Positions 10,203 to 20,866 of a stretch of DNA of 64,000 nucleotides are shown one piece after another (position 1 is the first letter of the stretch; each line of letters starts with the position of its first letter). The notes beneath the pieces were generated by a model. The model was not told the origin of the DNA. It did no database searches and worked only from the letters and a program-made list of their open reading frames with translations. The translations under genes and the position numbers were made by a program. Source of the stretch: an uncultured Clostridia bacterium (GTDB lineage Bacteria > Bacillota > Clostridia > TANB77 > CAG-508); the NCBI GenBank assembly GCA_949948835.1, contig CATLHF010000003.1, positions 11,459-75,458 on the forward strand, read 5' to 3'.

Positions 10203-10339
10203 GATATTAATTTATGTTGTATACTATATGTAAATCTATTGCTTAATTTTAAAAAGTATGATAAAATTATGTAAATCATTAGTTTTGATTATGGAAAGGT
10301 GGCTTTTGACTCTCGAATGAGAGAAAGGAGCGTGACATC

Positions 10340-10660
10340 ATGAAAGAGAACATGATTGAAAATTATTATATTGATGGTAATGGACAAGTAAATGTCATTA
10401 TGAATCAAAGCACAGCAAGAGATATATACTATGCTGTTAAAGGATTTGAAGATGGTCAAGCTGAAGCAAATGCTTATAGTATGAAAGCAAAAGTTGGACA
10501 GTTTATCGCCATAAATTTTTTGTACGATAAAAAAGTAAGACAATATCTTAATACTTCAGAAAAGGGCATGTCAAGAGGGCGTAAATACGAGATATTCGAA
10601 AAAGCTGTTAGAAAGAAGATTCAAGAGTTGCTTGGAATCAAAGAGAAAACAACACCTTAG
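10340..10660 (+). CDS. Hypothetical small protein (paralog of 26696..26947 in its N-terminal part)
   Basis: 106-aa ORF. A 14-nt hairpin plus AAAGGAG RBS sits immediately upstream. G+C is higher than the surroundings. It shares (A)(R/K)(D/E)I..(V/I)KGF..G with the 26696 ORF. Confidence 0.5.
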   Translation: MKENMIENYYIDGNGQVNVIMNQSTARDIYYAVKGFEDGQAEANAYSMKAKVGQFIAINFLYDKKVRQYLNTSEKGMSRGRKYEIFEKAVRKKIQELLGIKEKTTP

Positions 10661-10873
10661 TAGCTGTAAATCGTTCACCTTTCCAAATACAAGAAAAAGA
10701 CTCCGAACGAGGGGGCTTTTTCTTTTTTTAGAAAATCTTGGTAAAAGCTTGCTTTTTATTTGAAAATGTAGTAAAATAACATATATTAAATACCTTATTC
10801 TTAGCGAAAGGTTTAAACTCCTCTTTGGCTCAGTTTAAGGAATAAAATATTATTATAGGAGGTTGTCAAGGAT

Positions 10874-11137
10874 ATGACAAAGGAAAGAAAAGAAGAAGTA
10901 ATTAAAACTTACAAAAGAGATGAGAAAGATACTGGTTCACCAGAAGTTCAAATCGCTCTTTTAACAGAAAGAATTACAGAATTAACAGAACATTTAAGAG
11001 TTCACAAAAAAGATAATCATTCAAGACGTGGACTTTTAAAAATGGTTGGTAAAAGAAGAAATTTACTAAACTACTTAGCTAAAAAAGATATTCAAAGATA
11101 CAGAGATATCGTTGAAAAATTAGGATTAAGAAAATAG
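10874..11137 (+). CDS. rpsO: 30S ribosomal protein S15
   Basis: 87 aa; [30 protein letters not shown] is the S15 signature. Confidence 0.97.
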   Translation: MTKERKEEVIKTYKRDEKDTGSPEVQIALLTERITELTEHLRVHKKDNHSRRGLLKMVGKRRNLLNYLAKKDIQRYRDIVEKLGLRK

Positions 11138-11147
11138 TCTATACTTG

Positions 11148-11180
11148 TAGGGCGTTTAAGAAAAAAAGTTAAACGCCCTA
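11148..11180 (+). terminator. Hairpin between rpsO and pnp (terminator/attenuator)
   Basis: TAGGGCGTTTAA / TTAAACGCCCTA stem with a weak U-tract. Confidence 0.5.
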
Positions 11181-11357
11181 TAATGCTATTACTTAGGTAT
11201 AAGCGATAATAGAAAATAGAAGTAGCTTGTATATTGTATAAATACTTTGAAATACTATTTTTAAAGGTTTTAATAGATTTATATAATATAGAGGTTACCA
11301 TCTATTTAAACTATTATCGAATTATATAAATTAAAAATGAAAAGGAGAAATGAAATT

Positions 11358-13493
11358 ATGTTTAGAACATTTGAAACAGAACTTGCAGGAAGAAAATTAA
11401 CAATTGAAACAGGAAAAATTGCAGAACTTGCAAATGGCAGTGTTATGGTAAGATACGGTGACACTGTTGTTATGGTAAATGTTACTGCATCAAAAGAGCC
11501 AAGAGATGGGATTGACTTTTTCCCACTATCTGTTGACTACGAAGAAAAATTATATTCTGTAGGAAAAATACCAGGAAGTTACCAAAAAAGAGAAGGAAAA
11601 CCAGCTGATAAAGCAATTTTAACATCAAGAGCAATTGATAGACCACTACGTCCATTATTTCCAAAAGATTTTAGAAATGATGTATGTGTTGTAGCAACAG
11701 TATTATCAGTAGAACCAGACAACTCACCAGAAGTGGCTGCTATGATTGGTGCATCTGCTGCATTATCAATTTCTGATATTCCATTTGGAGGACCAACAGC
11801 AGCAGTAGCTGTAGGATATGTTGATGACCAAATCGTTATTAACCCAACACTAGAGCAAAGAGAAAAAACAAGATTAACTCTAACTGTTGCAGGAACAAAA
11901 GAGAAAATTGCTATGATTGAAGCAGGAGCAGATGAAATACCAGATGATACAATGTTAGAAGCAATCAAACAAGCACATGTTGAAATTAAAAAACTTTGTG
12001 ACTTCATTCAAAAGATGAAAGATGAAATTGGAAAACCAAAATTTGAATACAAATCTTTCGAAGTAGACCATGATGTATATGCAGAAATTGAAGAAAAATA
12101 TGCTACTAGAATGTACCAAGATGTACAAGCAGTTGATAAAGAAGTAAGAGATGCTGCTATGGATAAACTACTAGAAGATGTAAAAGCGTATTTTATAGAA
12201 AAATATGGAGAAGAAGTAGCAGAAGAAAAAGCAAGTGATATTGCAGATAGTTTATACAAATTAGAGAAAAAATCCGTACGTAAAATGATTTTAGAAGAAC
12301 AAAAAAGACCAGATGGAAGGCGTATTGATGAAATTAGACCACTTTCTTGTGAAGTAGGATTACTTCCTAGAGTACATGGTAGTGCTTTATTTACAAGAGG
12401 TCAAACACAAGTTATGTCTATTGTAACACTTGGAATGGCAAGTGAAGAACAATCCTTAGATGGAATAGATGAAGAAACTTCAAAACGTTATATACATCAC
12501 TATAATTTCCCATCATACAGTGTTGGAGAAGCAAGACCATCACGTGGACCAGGAAGACGTGAAATTGGACATGGAGCATTAGCAGAAAAAGCATTAGTGC
12601 CAGTGATTCCATCAGAAGACGAATTCCCATATGCAATCCGTGTGGTATCAGAAGTATTAAGTTCAAACGGTTCAACATCACAAGCAAGTATATGTGGAAG
12701 CACATTAGCATTAATGGATGCTGGTGTACCAATTAAAAGACCAGTTGCAGGTATTTCTACAGGACTTGTAACAGATGAAAATGATCCAAATCACTATATC
12801 ATGTTAACAGATATTCAAGGATTAGAAGATTTCTTTGGTGATATGGACTTTAAAGTAGGTGGAACAGAAAAAGGAATTACAGCTATCCAAGTTGATATTA
12901 AAATTGATGGACTAACTTATGATATTATTAAAGAAGCATTTGAAAGAACAAGAAATGCACGTAAATATATCTTAGAAGAAATCATGTTAAAACAAATTGA
13001 AGAACCAAGAGAAGAAATATCAAAATATGCTCCAAACATCATTAAGACAGTTATTAATGTAGACAAAATAAAAGATGTTATCGGACCTGGTGGAAAAATG
13101 ATTAACAAAATCATTGCAGAAACAGGAGTTAAAATTGATATTGAAGAAGACGGTAGAGTATTCATTTATTCAAATGATACAGCAAATGGACAAAAGGCAT
13201 TAAAAATGGTAGAAGATATTGGAAAAGACTTAGAAGTAGGGGCAATCTACGAAGGAACTGTAAGCAAAATTATGCCATTTGGAGCCTTTGTTGAATTAGG
13301 TGGCGCAAAAGAGGGGCTAGTACACATTTCGAAAATATCTCATAAAAGAATTGAAAAAGTAGAAGATGTTTTAAAAGTGGGAGATGTCGTAAACGTAAAA
13401 GTATACGAAATCGACGACCAAGGAAGAATCAACCTAACAATGCGTGATTTAGAAGAAAAAGAAGATGTAAAAGAAGAGAAAATTGAAGAGTAG
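11358..13493 (+). CDS. pnp: Polyribonucleotide nucleotidyltransferase (PNPase)
   Basis: Two RNase PH domains plus KH ([12 protein letters not shown]) and S1 ([15 protein letters not shown]) domains. The start is placed at ATG 11358 after AAAGGAG. Confidence 0.96.
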   Translation: MFRTFETELAGRKLTIETGKIAELANGSVMVRYGDTVVMVNVTASKEPRDGIDFFPLSVDYEEKLYSVGKIPGSYQKREGKPADKAILTSRAIDRPLRPLFPKDFRNDVCVVATVLSVEPDNSPEVAAMIGASAALSISDIPFGGPTAAVAVGYVDDQIVINPTLEQREKTRLTLTVAGTKEKIAMIEAGADEIPDDTMLEAIKQAHVEIKKLCDFIQKMKDEIGKPKFEYKSFEVDHDVYAEIEEKYATRMYQDVQAVDKEVRDAAMDKLLEDVKAYFIEKYGEEVAEEKASDIADSLYKLEKKSVRKMILEEQKRPDGRRIDEIRPLSCEVGLLPRVHGSALFTRGQTQVMSIVTLGMASEEQSLDGIDEETSKRYIHHYNFPSYSVGEARPSRGPGRREIGHGALAEKALVPVIPSEDEFPYAIRVVSEVLSSNGSTSQASICGSTLALMDAGVPIKRPVAGISTGLVTDENDPNHYIMLTDIQGLEDFFGDMDFKVGGTEKGITAIQVDIKIDGLTYDIIKEAFERTRNARKYILEEIMLKQIEEPREEISKYAPNIIKTVINVDKIKDVIGPGGKMINKIIAETGVKIDIEEDGRVFIYSNDTANGQKALKMVEDIGKDLEVGAIYEGTVSKIMPFGAFVELGGAKEGLVHISKISHKRIEKVEDVLKVGDVVNVKVYEIDDQGRINLTMRDLEEKEDVKEEKIEE

Positions 13494-13656
13494 TAGTTGG
13501 ATTTCAATAGTGGCTAGTAAAGGCGCTAGCCACTATTGAAAAATTAAGAAATTATGAATTTACTACAAGACATTGAAAAAAATTGGCAAAAATAGTATAA
13601 TAATAGAAGTAAAAAAATAAACTATATAAGACAAGTAATATAAAGAGGGGTAAGAA

Positions 13657-14886
13657 ATGGTATATTTATATATAATTCAACAAGCACTTGTATGGATTGT
13701 AACAATATTTTGGTTATACCAATTTATCGTTAGTATATGCTCTTTAGTAAAATTAAAAGATAAACCAATTTTAGAAGATAAACAAAATCGTTTTATGGCA
13801 ATTATTCCAGCCCATAATGAGGAATCGGTTATTGGAAACCTTGTAGAAAGTTTAACAAAACAAGATTATCCAAAAGAATTATATGATATCTATGTAATTG
13901 CAGATAATTGTACCGATAAAACAGCAGAAATTGCTAAAAAAGCAGGAGCAATTGTTTATGAAAGATTTGATGAAGAACATAAAACAAAAGGTCATGCATT
14001 AAATTGGTTTCTAAATCAAAAAATTGAAGAAGATGCACCATATGATGCGTTCTGTGTCTTTGACGCAGATAATATTGTTGATGTGAACTTTATTAAAAAT
14101 ATGAATAAAAAACTTTGCCAAGGTGAAGATGTGGTACAAGGTTACCGTGATATTAAGAATCCAACCGATAGTTGGGTATCTGCGGGATATGCCATCTTCT
14201 ATTGGACAATGAATCGTTTTTATCATTTAGCAAGATATAATTTAGGATTATCACCATTAATTAATGGTACTGGATTTATGGTAAAATTTGATGTTGTAAA
14301 ACCAAACGGATGGGATACACAAACGCTGACAGAAGATATTGAATTCTCACTAAAGCGAATTATAGCTGGTAAAAAATTAGGTTGGGCAACGGATGCGATT
14401 GTATATGATGAACAACCAGTTGGATTTAAACAAAGTTGGTCTCAAAGATCAAGATGGACCGTAGGACATATCCAATGTATTCAAAATTATACAAAAGACC
14501 TTGCTGTTGCAACCAAAGAAAAGAAAACATTAATGAACTTTGATGGATTTTTATATATTATTGGAAGTATTCCAATGTTCATTTTAACATTAGTTCTATT
14601 AGCTATCAATTTCATTATGTTTTTCGCTAATGGTATTACAGCAACGGATTTAGTAATTAATATATTACGATATTTAATACCAACATTTTTATTACCAATA
14701 GGTACAGCGATTCTAATTATGCTATTAGATAAAAAGCCAATTAGACCAATGTTAAAAGGGTTATTATGCTATCCTTTATTCTTGGGTTCATGGCTACTAA
14801 TTAACTTTAAGTGTCTTTTCAAAAGAGATTTAAGCTGGGAGAAAATTGAACACGTACGCGATATTAAAATTAATGATGTCGCATAA
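13657..14886 (+). CDS. Membrane-embedded processive family-2 glycosyltransferase (PgaC/IcaA/cellulose-synthase-like)
   Basis: N-terminal TM, IIPAHNEE, DADN, TEDIEF and QRSRWTVG (QxxRW) motifs, and C-terminal TM helices. Confidence 0.75.
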   Translation: MVYLYIIQQALVWIVTIFWLYQFIVSICSLVKLKDKPILEDKQNRFMAIIPAHNEESVIGNLVESLTKQDYPKELYDIYVIADNCTDKTAEIAKKAGAIVYERFDEEHKTKGHALNWFLNQKIEEDAPYDAFCVFDADNIVDVNFIKNMNKKLCQGEDVVQGYRDIKNPTDSWVSAGYAIFYWTMNRFYHLARYNLGLSPLINGTGFMVKFDVVKPNGWDTQTLTEDIEFSLKRIIAGKKLGWATDAIVYDEQPVGFKQSWSQRSRWTVGHIQCIQNYTKDLAVATKEKKTLMNFDGFLYIIGSIPMFILTLVLLAINFIMFFANGITATDLVINILRYLIPTFLLPIGTAILIMLLDKKPIRPMLKGLLCYPLFLGSWLLINFKCLFKRDLSWEKIEHVRDIKINDVA

Positions 14887-14954
14887 ATAGGGAATAGAGA
14901 TATAGAAGATATATCTCTATTTTGCTCTTAATCAAAAAAAGGGAGAATTTGAAA

Positions 14955-16544
14955 ATGGAAAAATTAAAAGGATTTATAAAGAAAAATCAAACCACAGTAT
15001 TCATCACATTATTAGTTGTAATCATTCTTTTACAAGTAGCACTTCGTATTCAATATGGATTTGATAAAGCATATCTTCATATGGATGAAGCTTATTCTTA
15101 TGGATTAATGAACTATAACAAAATTGACATTATGAACAATGAAGATTTTTATAATACATGGCACGAAAACAAATATTATAAAGATTATTTATCAATTTCC
15201 TCAGAAGAAGCAGGCGATTTTACACCTGTTTATGAAAATCAAAAGAATGATGTTCATCCGCCATTTTATTACTTGTTACTAAGAATTGCTTCTAGTTTTA
15301 CAATTGATTCTTTTTCAAAATGGACGGGAATTATTTTGAATATTTTCATATTTGTTTTAACAAGCATTTTTATTTATTTAATTGCGAACCGATTATTTAG
15401 AAATAAAATATATGCTCTTTTTATAGTTTTGGTAAATGGATTTACTCTTGCATCAATTGATACAACTGTTTTTATTAGAATGTATGCACTAAATGCTTTG
15501 AATTTACTAATCGTATCTTACTTACATATTAAGAACTTTGATGAAAAAGTATTAAAAATAAAAGATTTAATTATCATGTCAGTTGCAATTATTATTGGCT
15601 CTTTAACGCATTATTACTATTTGGTTTTCTTGTTTATGCTATTTGTTATTTATATGATAAAGTTCATAAAAGAGAAAAACACAAACAATATTCTTCGTTA
15701 CTTAAGTATGATGGTAATTTCAGCAATCATCTCACTTGCTATTTTCCCATATTCGTTTGTACATATGTTTATGGGATATCGAGGTACTGGTGCTATTTCT
15801 AATTTATCAAATACAGAGCAAATGTGGAATTCTTTTAGACAATATTTAGACATTTTAAACAATAATGCTTTTAATGGTGTTTTGAAATTTGTAGGAATAA
15901 TAGCAATTCTCGTTATTTTATATAAAATATTAAAGAACAAAAAGCTTATCATAACATTCGAAAACAAAGAATTTTGGTTAATGTGTATACCAACGATAAT
16001 TTACTTTACGATTGTAGCATTCGTTTCACCATACCAAGAACTTAGATACATTATGCCAGTATGTCCATTAATTGTGATTAGTGTATTTTACCTATTAAAA
16101 GTGTTATTTGAAAAGGTGTTCTCAAGAAAGCATACATACTTGATATTAAGTATTATTCTTATTGTAATGTTATTATTACCAGAAGCAATTGATATCAATT
16201 TCTATTATTTATACAAAGACAAGAAAGAAATTGTTACAAGAATAGAAGAAAACCACAACACGCCATGTTTGTATGTATTTAATACAAATCAAAACAGATT
16301 TTTAGATGATTTATATTTGTTTACAATTTTAGAACAATCTTATATTATGGATGTGACTAAATTTGATGAAGTCACCGTAAACGAAGTATTTACAAACATA
16401 AACTTAGGAAATGGACTAATTGTTATTATTAACGAGGGAATTGAACACGAAACATATCTAAACACATTATTGGAAGTTTTAAATTTGAAAGATTGCAAAC
16501 ACATTCAAAGAATGAATGCTTGTGATATTTATGAATTAAAATAG
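14955..16544 (+). CDS. Polytopic membrane protein, GT-C (ArnT/PMT-like) glycosyltransferase candidate
   Basis: About 530 aa and very hydrophobic. The first loop contains HMDEAYSYG (a DE-type motif). Start ATG 14955 follows GGGAG. Confidence 0.4.
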   Translation: MEKLKGFIKKNQTTVFITLLVVIILLQVALRIQYGFDKAYLHMDEAYSYGLMNYNKIDIMNNEDFYNTWHENKYYKDYLSISSEEAGDFTPVYENQKNDVHPPFYYLLLRIASSFTIDSFSKWTGIILNIFIFVLTSIFIYLIANRLFRNKIYALFIVLVNGFTLASIDTTVFIRMYALNALNLLIVSYLHIKNFDEKVLKIKDLIIMSVAIIIGSLTHYYYLVFLFMLFVIYMIKFIKEKNTNNILRYLSMMVISAIISLAIFPYSFVHMFMGYRGTGAISNLSNTEQMWNSFRQYLDILNNNAFNGVLKFVGIIAILVILYKILKNKKLIITFENKEFWLMCIPTIIYFTIVAFVSPYQELRYIMPVCPLIVISVFYLLKVLFEKVFSRKHTYLILSIILIVMLLLPEAIDINFYYLYKDKKEIVTRIEENHNTPCLYVFNTNQNRFLDDLYLFTILEQSYIMDVTKFDEVTVNEVFTNINLGNGLIVIINEGIEHETYLNTLLEVLNLKDCKHIQRMNACDIYELK

Positions 16545-16554
16545 AGGAAAACAA

Positions 16555-17742
16555 ATGAAATTATCAAATGATGCAAAAATTATAATACTAGATAGAGCAA
16601 TTGGCAATGTAATCGAAATTTTTTTAAGTACATTTTTAGCAGCATATTTTTATAAAATTACACAAGACAGCTTGGTTTATATATCCATTTATCATATTAT
16701 TTCATGGATAGCAGCAACAATAGGAGCCTTTTTTGTTGCAAACTATATTAAAACGAAAAACAAAGTAAACTTATATCGAGCAGGAACTTTTTTAAAAGCT
16801 TTCTATGTTCTTTTAATTATTATATTAAAGGAAAAAATTATTGATTATGTATGGCTAATCGGAATTTGTTATGGAATATCGGTAGCCTGCACAGGTTTTC
16901 CTTTTAATATGATGGAATCTGAACTAGTAGAAGAAAAAGAAAGAACAAAGTATATGGGATACAAATCAGCAATTGGACAAATTGTAAAAATTGTAATTCC
17001 CGTCGTTTTAGGCGCATATATTACTTTTACTTCTTATCAAATTGCAGCAGCTCTTATTTTGTTTTTTTCACTTATAAAATTAGGAATTAGCTTTTTTATA
17101 AAAAATAAGAATGTAAATAAAGAAAAAATTAATATTCCACAGTTTTTTAAACAAGTAAAAAAACATACAGAATATCCTATTAAGAAACTTTATACCATTG
17201 AATTTTTAAAAGGAATAACATTTCATGGAGTGCTTGGTATTATTGTTTCATTACTAATTATATATGAATTTAATACAGAATTAAATTTAGGAATATGGAC
17301 ATCCGTCTTTTCGGTATGCAAGATTATTGTCATGATGTTATTTGCAAAATGCTATAATAAGAAAAAATCAAATTTAGTTTTAACATTAATTGGATTTAGC
17401 ATTTCTATTAGTTTTATTTGGATGTTATTTTCAATTAATAAAACAACTGTTGTATTGTATAATCTTGTTTATTATACGTTTATGGAAATACTACTTTCTA
17501 TTACAGAAATACGTTTATTTGATTACTCAAATAAGCCACCTTTTAAAGAAGAATACAATACAGAATACTTTATTTTTAGAGAGCTTTTCTTAAATATTGG
17601 TAGGGTACTAGGATATGTCATATTACTATTTGTAGGTTTTATGCACAATATGGAATACTTAAAGTTTTTATTTTTTGCGGTAACTATAGCATTAATATTA
17701 ATTATTGTCTTAACTAAAAATATTAGTAAAAAAGAGAAATAA
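16555..17742 (+). CDS. MFS-like polytopic membrane transporter
   Basis: 395 aa, about 12 helices, tightly coupled to the preceding gene. Confidence 0.45.
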   Translation: MKLSNDAKIIILDRAIGNVIEIFLSTFLAAYFYKITQDSLVYISIYHIISWIAATIGAFFVANYIKTKNKVNLYRAGTFLKAFYVLLIIILKEKIIDYVWLIGICYGISVACTGFPFNMMESELVEEKERTKYMGYKSAIGQIVKIVIPVVLGAYITFTSYQIAAALILFFSLIKLGISFFIKNKNVNKEKINIPQFFKQVKKHTEYPIKKLYTIEFLKGITFHGVLGIIVSLLIIYEFNTELNLGIWTSVFSVCKIIVMMLFAKCYNKKKSNLVLTLIGFSISISFIWMLFSINKTTVVLYNLVYYTFMEILLSITEIRLFDYSNKPPFKEEYNTEYFIFRELFLNIGRVLGYVILLFVGFMHNMEYLKFLFFAVTIALILIIVLTKNISKKEK

Positions 17743-17762
17743 GAACTATAATGTAAATAAAG

Positions 17763-17798
17763 GCCCCCTTAGATAAGGGGGCTGTCTGCATAGCAGAC
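17763..17798. terminator. Two adjacent hairpins between convergent genes
   Basis: GCCCCCTT agat AAGGGGGC, then GTCTGC ata GCAGAC. Confidence 0.7.
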
Positions 17799-17807
17799 TG
17801 GAGGTTC

Positions 17808-18455
17808 TTAATCTCTGCTCTCTATTACAATTAAAATGCCTTTTTTAAGACAAATTGTTGCTGTATTGTCTATTATTTCATTGCTAATTCCTAAACTATT
17901 TCCAATTGTTAAAAGGTACTTATTTAAAGGATATTTAAATCCAGTTAAAGTTAATCCTTCTACAGAAGATGTAAGAGGAATTAATGAAATATATTTGCCA
18001 TAGGTATTTGATTTTTCTATGGTATGACTGTTATTAATTAAATAGATTCGATTATTGTTATCCAATAATTTACAAGGAATGTTTGCATCTAATGCTAGTG
18101 TCAAAATATGAATGTTAGCAAGAGCGTGATCCATACGCTTACCAAGGGCTCCTATTATTGTAATATGAGAAGAGCACAAGCTAATAGCGAGTTTTAGTGC
18201 AATATCCGTATCTGTATAGTCTTTTTCTGGTTGATATTGATGGATGTTAATTTTAGGGTTATTTTTATAAGACCTGATTAAAGATTGATTAACAGAATCC
18301 AAATCGCCTACAATATGATTTGGAATAATGTTTAATTTATTTAAAGCTTCAAGACCTTTATCAACGGCAATGATGATATCTGGTTTTTTAGTAAGATAAT
18401 AGTTTTCTAAAAAAGCAAGATTGATTTCTCCACCTGCAACAATTAATGTATTCAT
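17808..18455 (-). CDS. Thiamine diphosphokinase
   Basis: MNTLIVAGGE...AVDKG...GDLDS...DTD motifs of TPK/ThiN; 215 aa. Confidence 0.8.
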   Translation of the reverse strand: MNTLIVAGGEINLAFLENYYLTKKPDIIIAVDKGLEALNKLNIIPNHIVGDLDSVNQSLIRSYKNNPKINIHQYQPEKDYTDTDIALKLAISLCSSHITIIGALGKRMDHALANIHILTLALDANIPCKLLDNNNRIYLINNSHTIEKSNTYGKYISLIPLTSSVEGLTLTGFKYPLNKYLLTIGNSLGISNEIIDNTATICLKKGILIVIESRD

Positions 18456-18560
18456 TTTTTTATATTCCTTTCAAAAATTTCTTTCCAATTAAGAAAGAAA
18501 GTGTTATAATAATTAAAGCATATTAGCTGTATATTAGCAAGACTTTAAAGGAGTTTAATA

Positions 18561-19427
18561 ATGAATATTAGAAATATAATGGATGCAAGAGAAAAAATAA
18601 AAGTATATGCTTTTGTGGGACCTTCTGGAACAGGAAAAAGTTACCGAGCGGGGCTTGTGGCAAGTGAGCATGGAATTAGTTATATTATTGATGATGGACT
18701 TTTTATTAAAGATAATGAAATTGTTGCTGGAAATTCTGCTAAAAAAGCACCCACAAAAATTGAAACCGTAAAACAAGCATTATTTATAGAAAATGATGAA
18801 AAGGATGAGGTAATAAAAGCGATTAAAAAGCATAAGCCTGATAAGATGCTAATTTTAGGAACATCAGACAATATGGTTAAAAAGATTGCTGCAAACTTAG
18901 GTTTACCAGAAATTTCAAAGTTTATTTATATTACTGACATTGCCACAAAAGAAGAGATGGAAACAGCAAAACGTATTCGTCAAACAGAAGGAAAACACGT
19001 TATTCCAGTACCAACATTTGAATTAAAAAAGGATTTTTCAGGATATATTTTGGATCCATTACAAATCTTTAAATCCAAAGGACATGGAGTAAAACCATAC
19101 ATTTCTGAAAAATCGATTATTCGACCAACGTTCAGTTATTTAGGAAACTTTACGATTTCGGATAGTGTCTTTCGACAAATTATCGAATATATGGCAGACA
19201 AAACACCAGCTATTTATAAAATAGCAAAAACACGAGTTGATACTTTAGAAGATGGACCATATATCTATTTAGAAATTATTATTCACTATGGATATAATCT
19301 TATTACAAGCGTGCAAGAATTTAAGCAAAAAGTAAAAAAAGAAATTGAGCAATTAACTGCTATGAATGTTCAAAGCATAGAAGTTGTTGTGAAAGGAATT
19401 CAAGTTCCAGAAAAAGAGGAGGAATAA
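18561..19427 (+). CDS. P-loop NTPase fused to an Asp23/Gls24-like C-terminal domain
   Basis: Walker A GPSGTGKS near the N-terminus. The C-terminal 110 aa resemble the Asp23 family (GNFTISDSVFRQII...IEVVVKGI). Confidence 0.5.
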   Translation: MNIRNIMDAREKIKVYAFVGPSGTGKSYRAGLVASEHGISYIIDDGLFIKDNEIVAGNSAKKAPTKIETVKQALFIENDEKDEVIKAIKKHKPDKMLILGTSDNMVKKIAANLGLPEISKFIYITDIATKEEMETAKRIRQTEGKHVIPVPTFELKKDFSGYILDPLQIFKSKGHGVKPYISEKSIIRPTFSYLGNFTISDSVFRQIIEYMADKTPAIYKIAKTRVDTLEDGPYIYLEIIIHYGYNLITSVQEFKQKVKKEIEQLTAMNVQSIEVVVKGIQVPEKEEE

Positions 19428-19430
19428 AAG

Positions 19431-20765
19431 ATGTCATTTATTGTAGCAATTGATGGCCCAGCAGGAGTAGGGAAAGGAACCATAGCAAATTTGGTTGCGG
19501 AAAAATTTGGTTTTTTAAATGTAGATACAGGAGCAATGTATCGAGCAATTAGCCATTACTTAATTAAAAATAATATTTTACTAGAAAATACTGAGGAAGT
19601 AAAAAAAGCACTAGAAAATATAGAAATCGATATTGAGTTTAAAGATAGTGAACAAATTCTATCTTTAAATGGTGAAAAACTAATTTCAGAGTTAAGAACA
19701 AAAGAAGTAAATGCCATTGTTTCTCAAGTTTCACATATACCAGAAGTAAGAACAGCTATGGTTGAATTGCAAAGAAAAATTGCAGTAGGAAAGAGTATGG
19801 TTATGGATGGTAGAGATATTGGTACAAATGTATTTCCAAATGCAAATGTAAAAATATACTTAGATGCTACACCAGAAGAAAGAGCTAATAGAAGAATGAA
19901 ACAGAATCAAGAGAATGGAATCGATATTCCATATGAAGAAGTTTTAGAAAATATAAAGTTTAGAGATCATAATGATAAGACAAGTAAAGTAGCACCATTA
20001 AAAAAAGCAGATGATGCCATTTTAATTGACTGTACAGAATTATCATTGGAACAATTATCAAATAAAGTATATGAAATAATTGAAGAAAAAATGAAACAAG
20101 TAACTACTAGTCAAAAAGAAGTAAAGCCTACAAAAAAGAAAAAAGTGGTAGAAGAATATGACAAACCAGAAGATTCTTTATGGATGAAACTTCAAAGAAG
20201 ATTTATATGGCATACTCTACGAGGATTTTACAAAATCTTTTATCGTTTAGAAGTAAAAGGACTGGAAAATATACCAGAAGAAGGCGCATTTATCGTTTGC
20301 GGAAATCACGTTGATTTTATGAAAGTACCAGTTATTGTAATCTATGCGACTAGAAAAATCAATTTCATTGGAAAAGCAGAATTATTTAACAATCCATTTT
20401 TAGCAAGACTTGGAGAATTATTTGATGTAATTCCTGTAAAAAGAGGAAAACAAGATGTGGACTCTATGAAAAAATCTTTAAAAGTATTAGCAAAAGGGGA
20501 AGGTTTAGGACTATTTCCAGAAGGAACAAGAAATGGAATTGCCAAAAAAGTAAAAGTGAAAAACGGAGCAGCTTTTATGGCATTACGAACAGGAAAACCA
20601 ATTGTACCTGTTGGAATTAAAGTACAAAAAGGAAAAATCATTGTAAACTACGGAAAATTAATAGATTATAGTAAATACCAATCAAAAACACCAGAAAAAG
20701 AAACATTAGATAAAGTAACGGAAGATCTAATGAATACCATTATTCAGTTGACAAATGAAGCTTAA
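19431..20765 (+). CDS. cmk: Fusion protein: cytidylate kinase + 1-acyl-sn-glycerol-3-phosphate acyltransferase
   Basis: The N-terminus has IAIDGPAGVGKGT...DTGAMYR...GRDIGT (Cmk). A Lys-rich linker follows. The C-terminus has NHVDFMKVP (HX4D) and FPEGTR (PlsC/LPLAT). It is a single uninterrupted 444-aa frame. Confidence 0.8.
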   Translation: MSFIVAIDGPAGVGKGTIANLVAEKFGFLNVDTGAMYRAISHYLIKNNILLENTEEVKKALENIEIDIEFKDSEQILSLNGEKLISELRTKEVNAIVSQVSHIPEVRTAMVELQRKIAVGKSMVMDGRDIGTNVFPNANVKIYLDATPEERANRRMKQNQENGIDIPYEEVLENIKFRDHNDKTSKVAPLKKADDAILIDCTELSLEQLSNKVYEIIEEKMKQVTTSQKEVKPTKKKKVVEEYDKPEDSLWMKLQRRFIWHTLRGFYKIFYRLEVKGLENIPEEGAFIVCGNHVDFMKVPVIVIYATRKINFIGKAELFNNPFLARLGELFDVIPVKRGKQDVDSMKKSLKVLAKGEGLGLFPEGTRNGIAKKVKVKNGAAFMALRTGKPIVPVGIKVQKGKIIVNYGKLIDYSKYQSKTPEKETLDKVTEDLMNTIIQLTNEA

Positions 20766-20866
20766 AGTAGTATAATTTAAAAGTTAGAAATTAATTTGAC
20801 ATAATATTTATATAAGGTTGCATTTTCGTGCAACCTATCAATTTTGAAAAAAGAGGAGAAATACAC

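Noticed and set aside
11579-12259. Minus-strand ORFs inside pnp (11579..12007, 12008..12259, and others at 12418..12732 and 12917..13165)
   Set aside because: They are antisense shadows of a strongly supported gene. They have no RBS, and their Ser/Ala/Leu-rich composition is typical of reverse-frame translation.
13505-13538. Hairpin CAATAGTGGCTAG...CTAGCCACTATTG after pnp as a canonical terminator
   Set aside because: The stem is good, but it is followed by an A-run rather than a U-tract on the pnp strand. It may be a processing or stability element or a weak terminator, and it is not listed as a confident feature.
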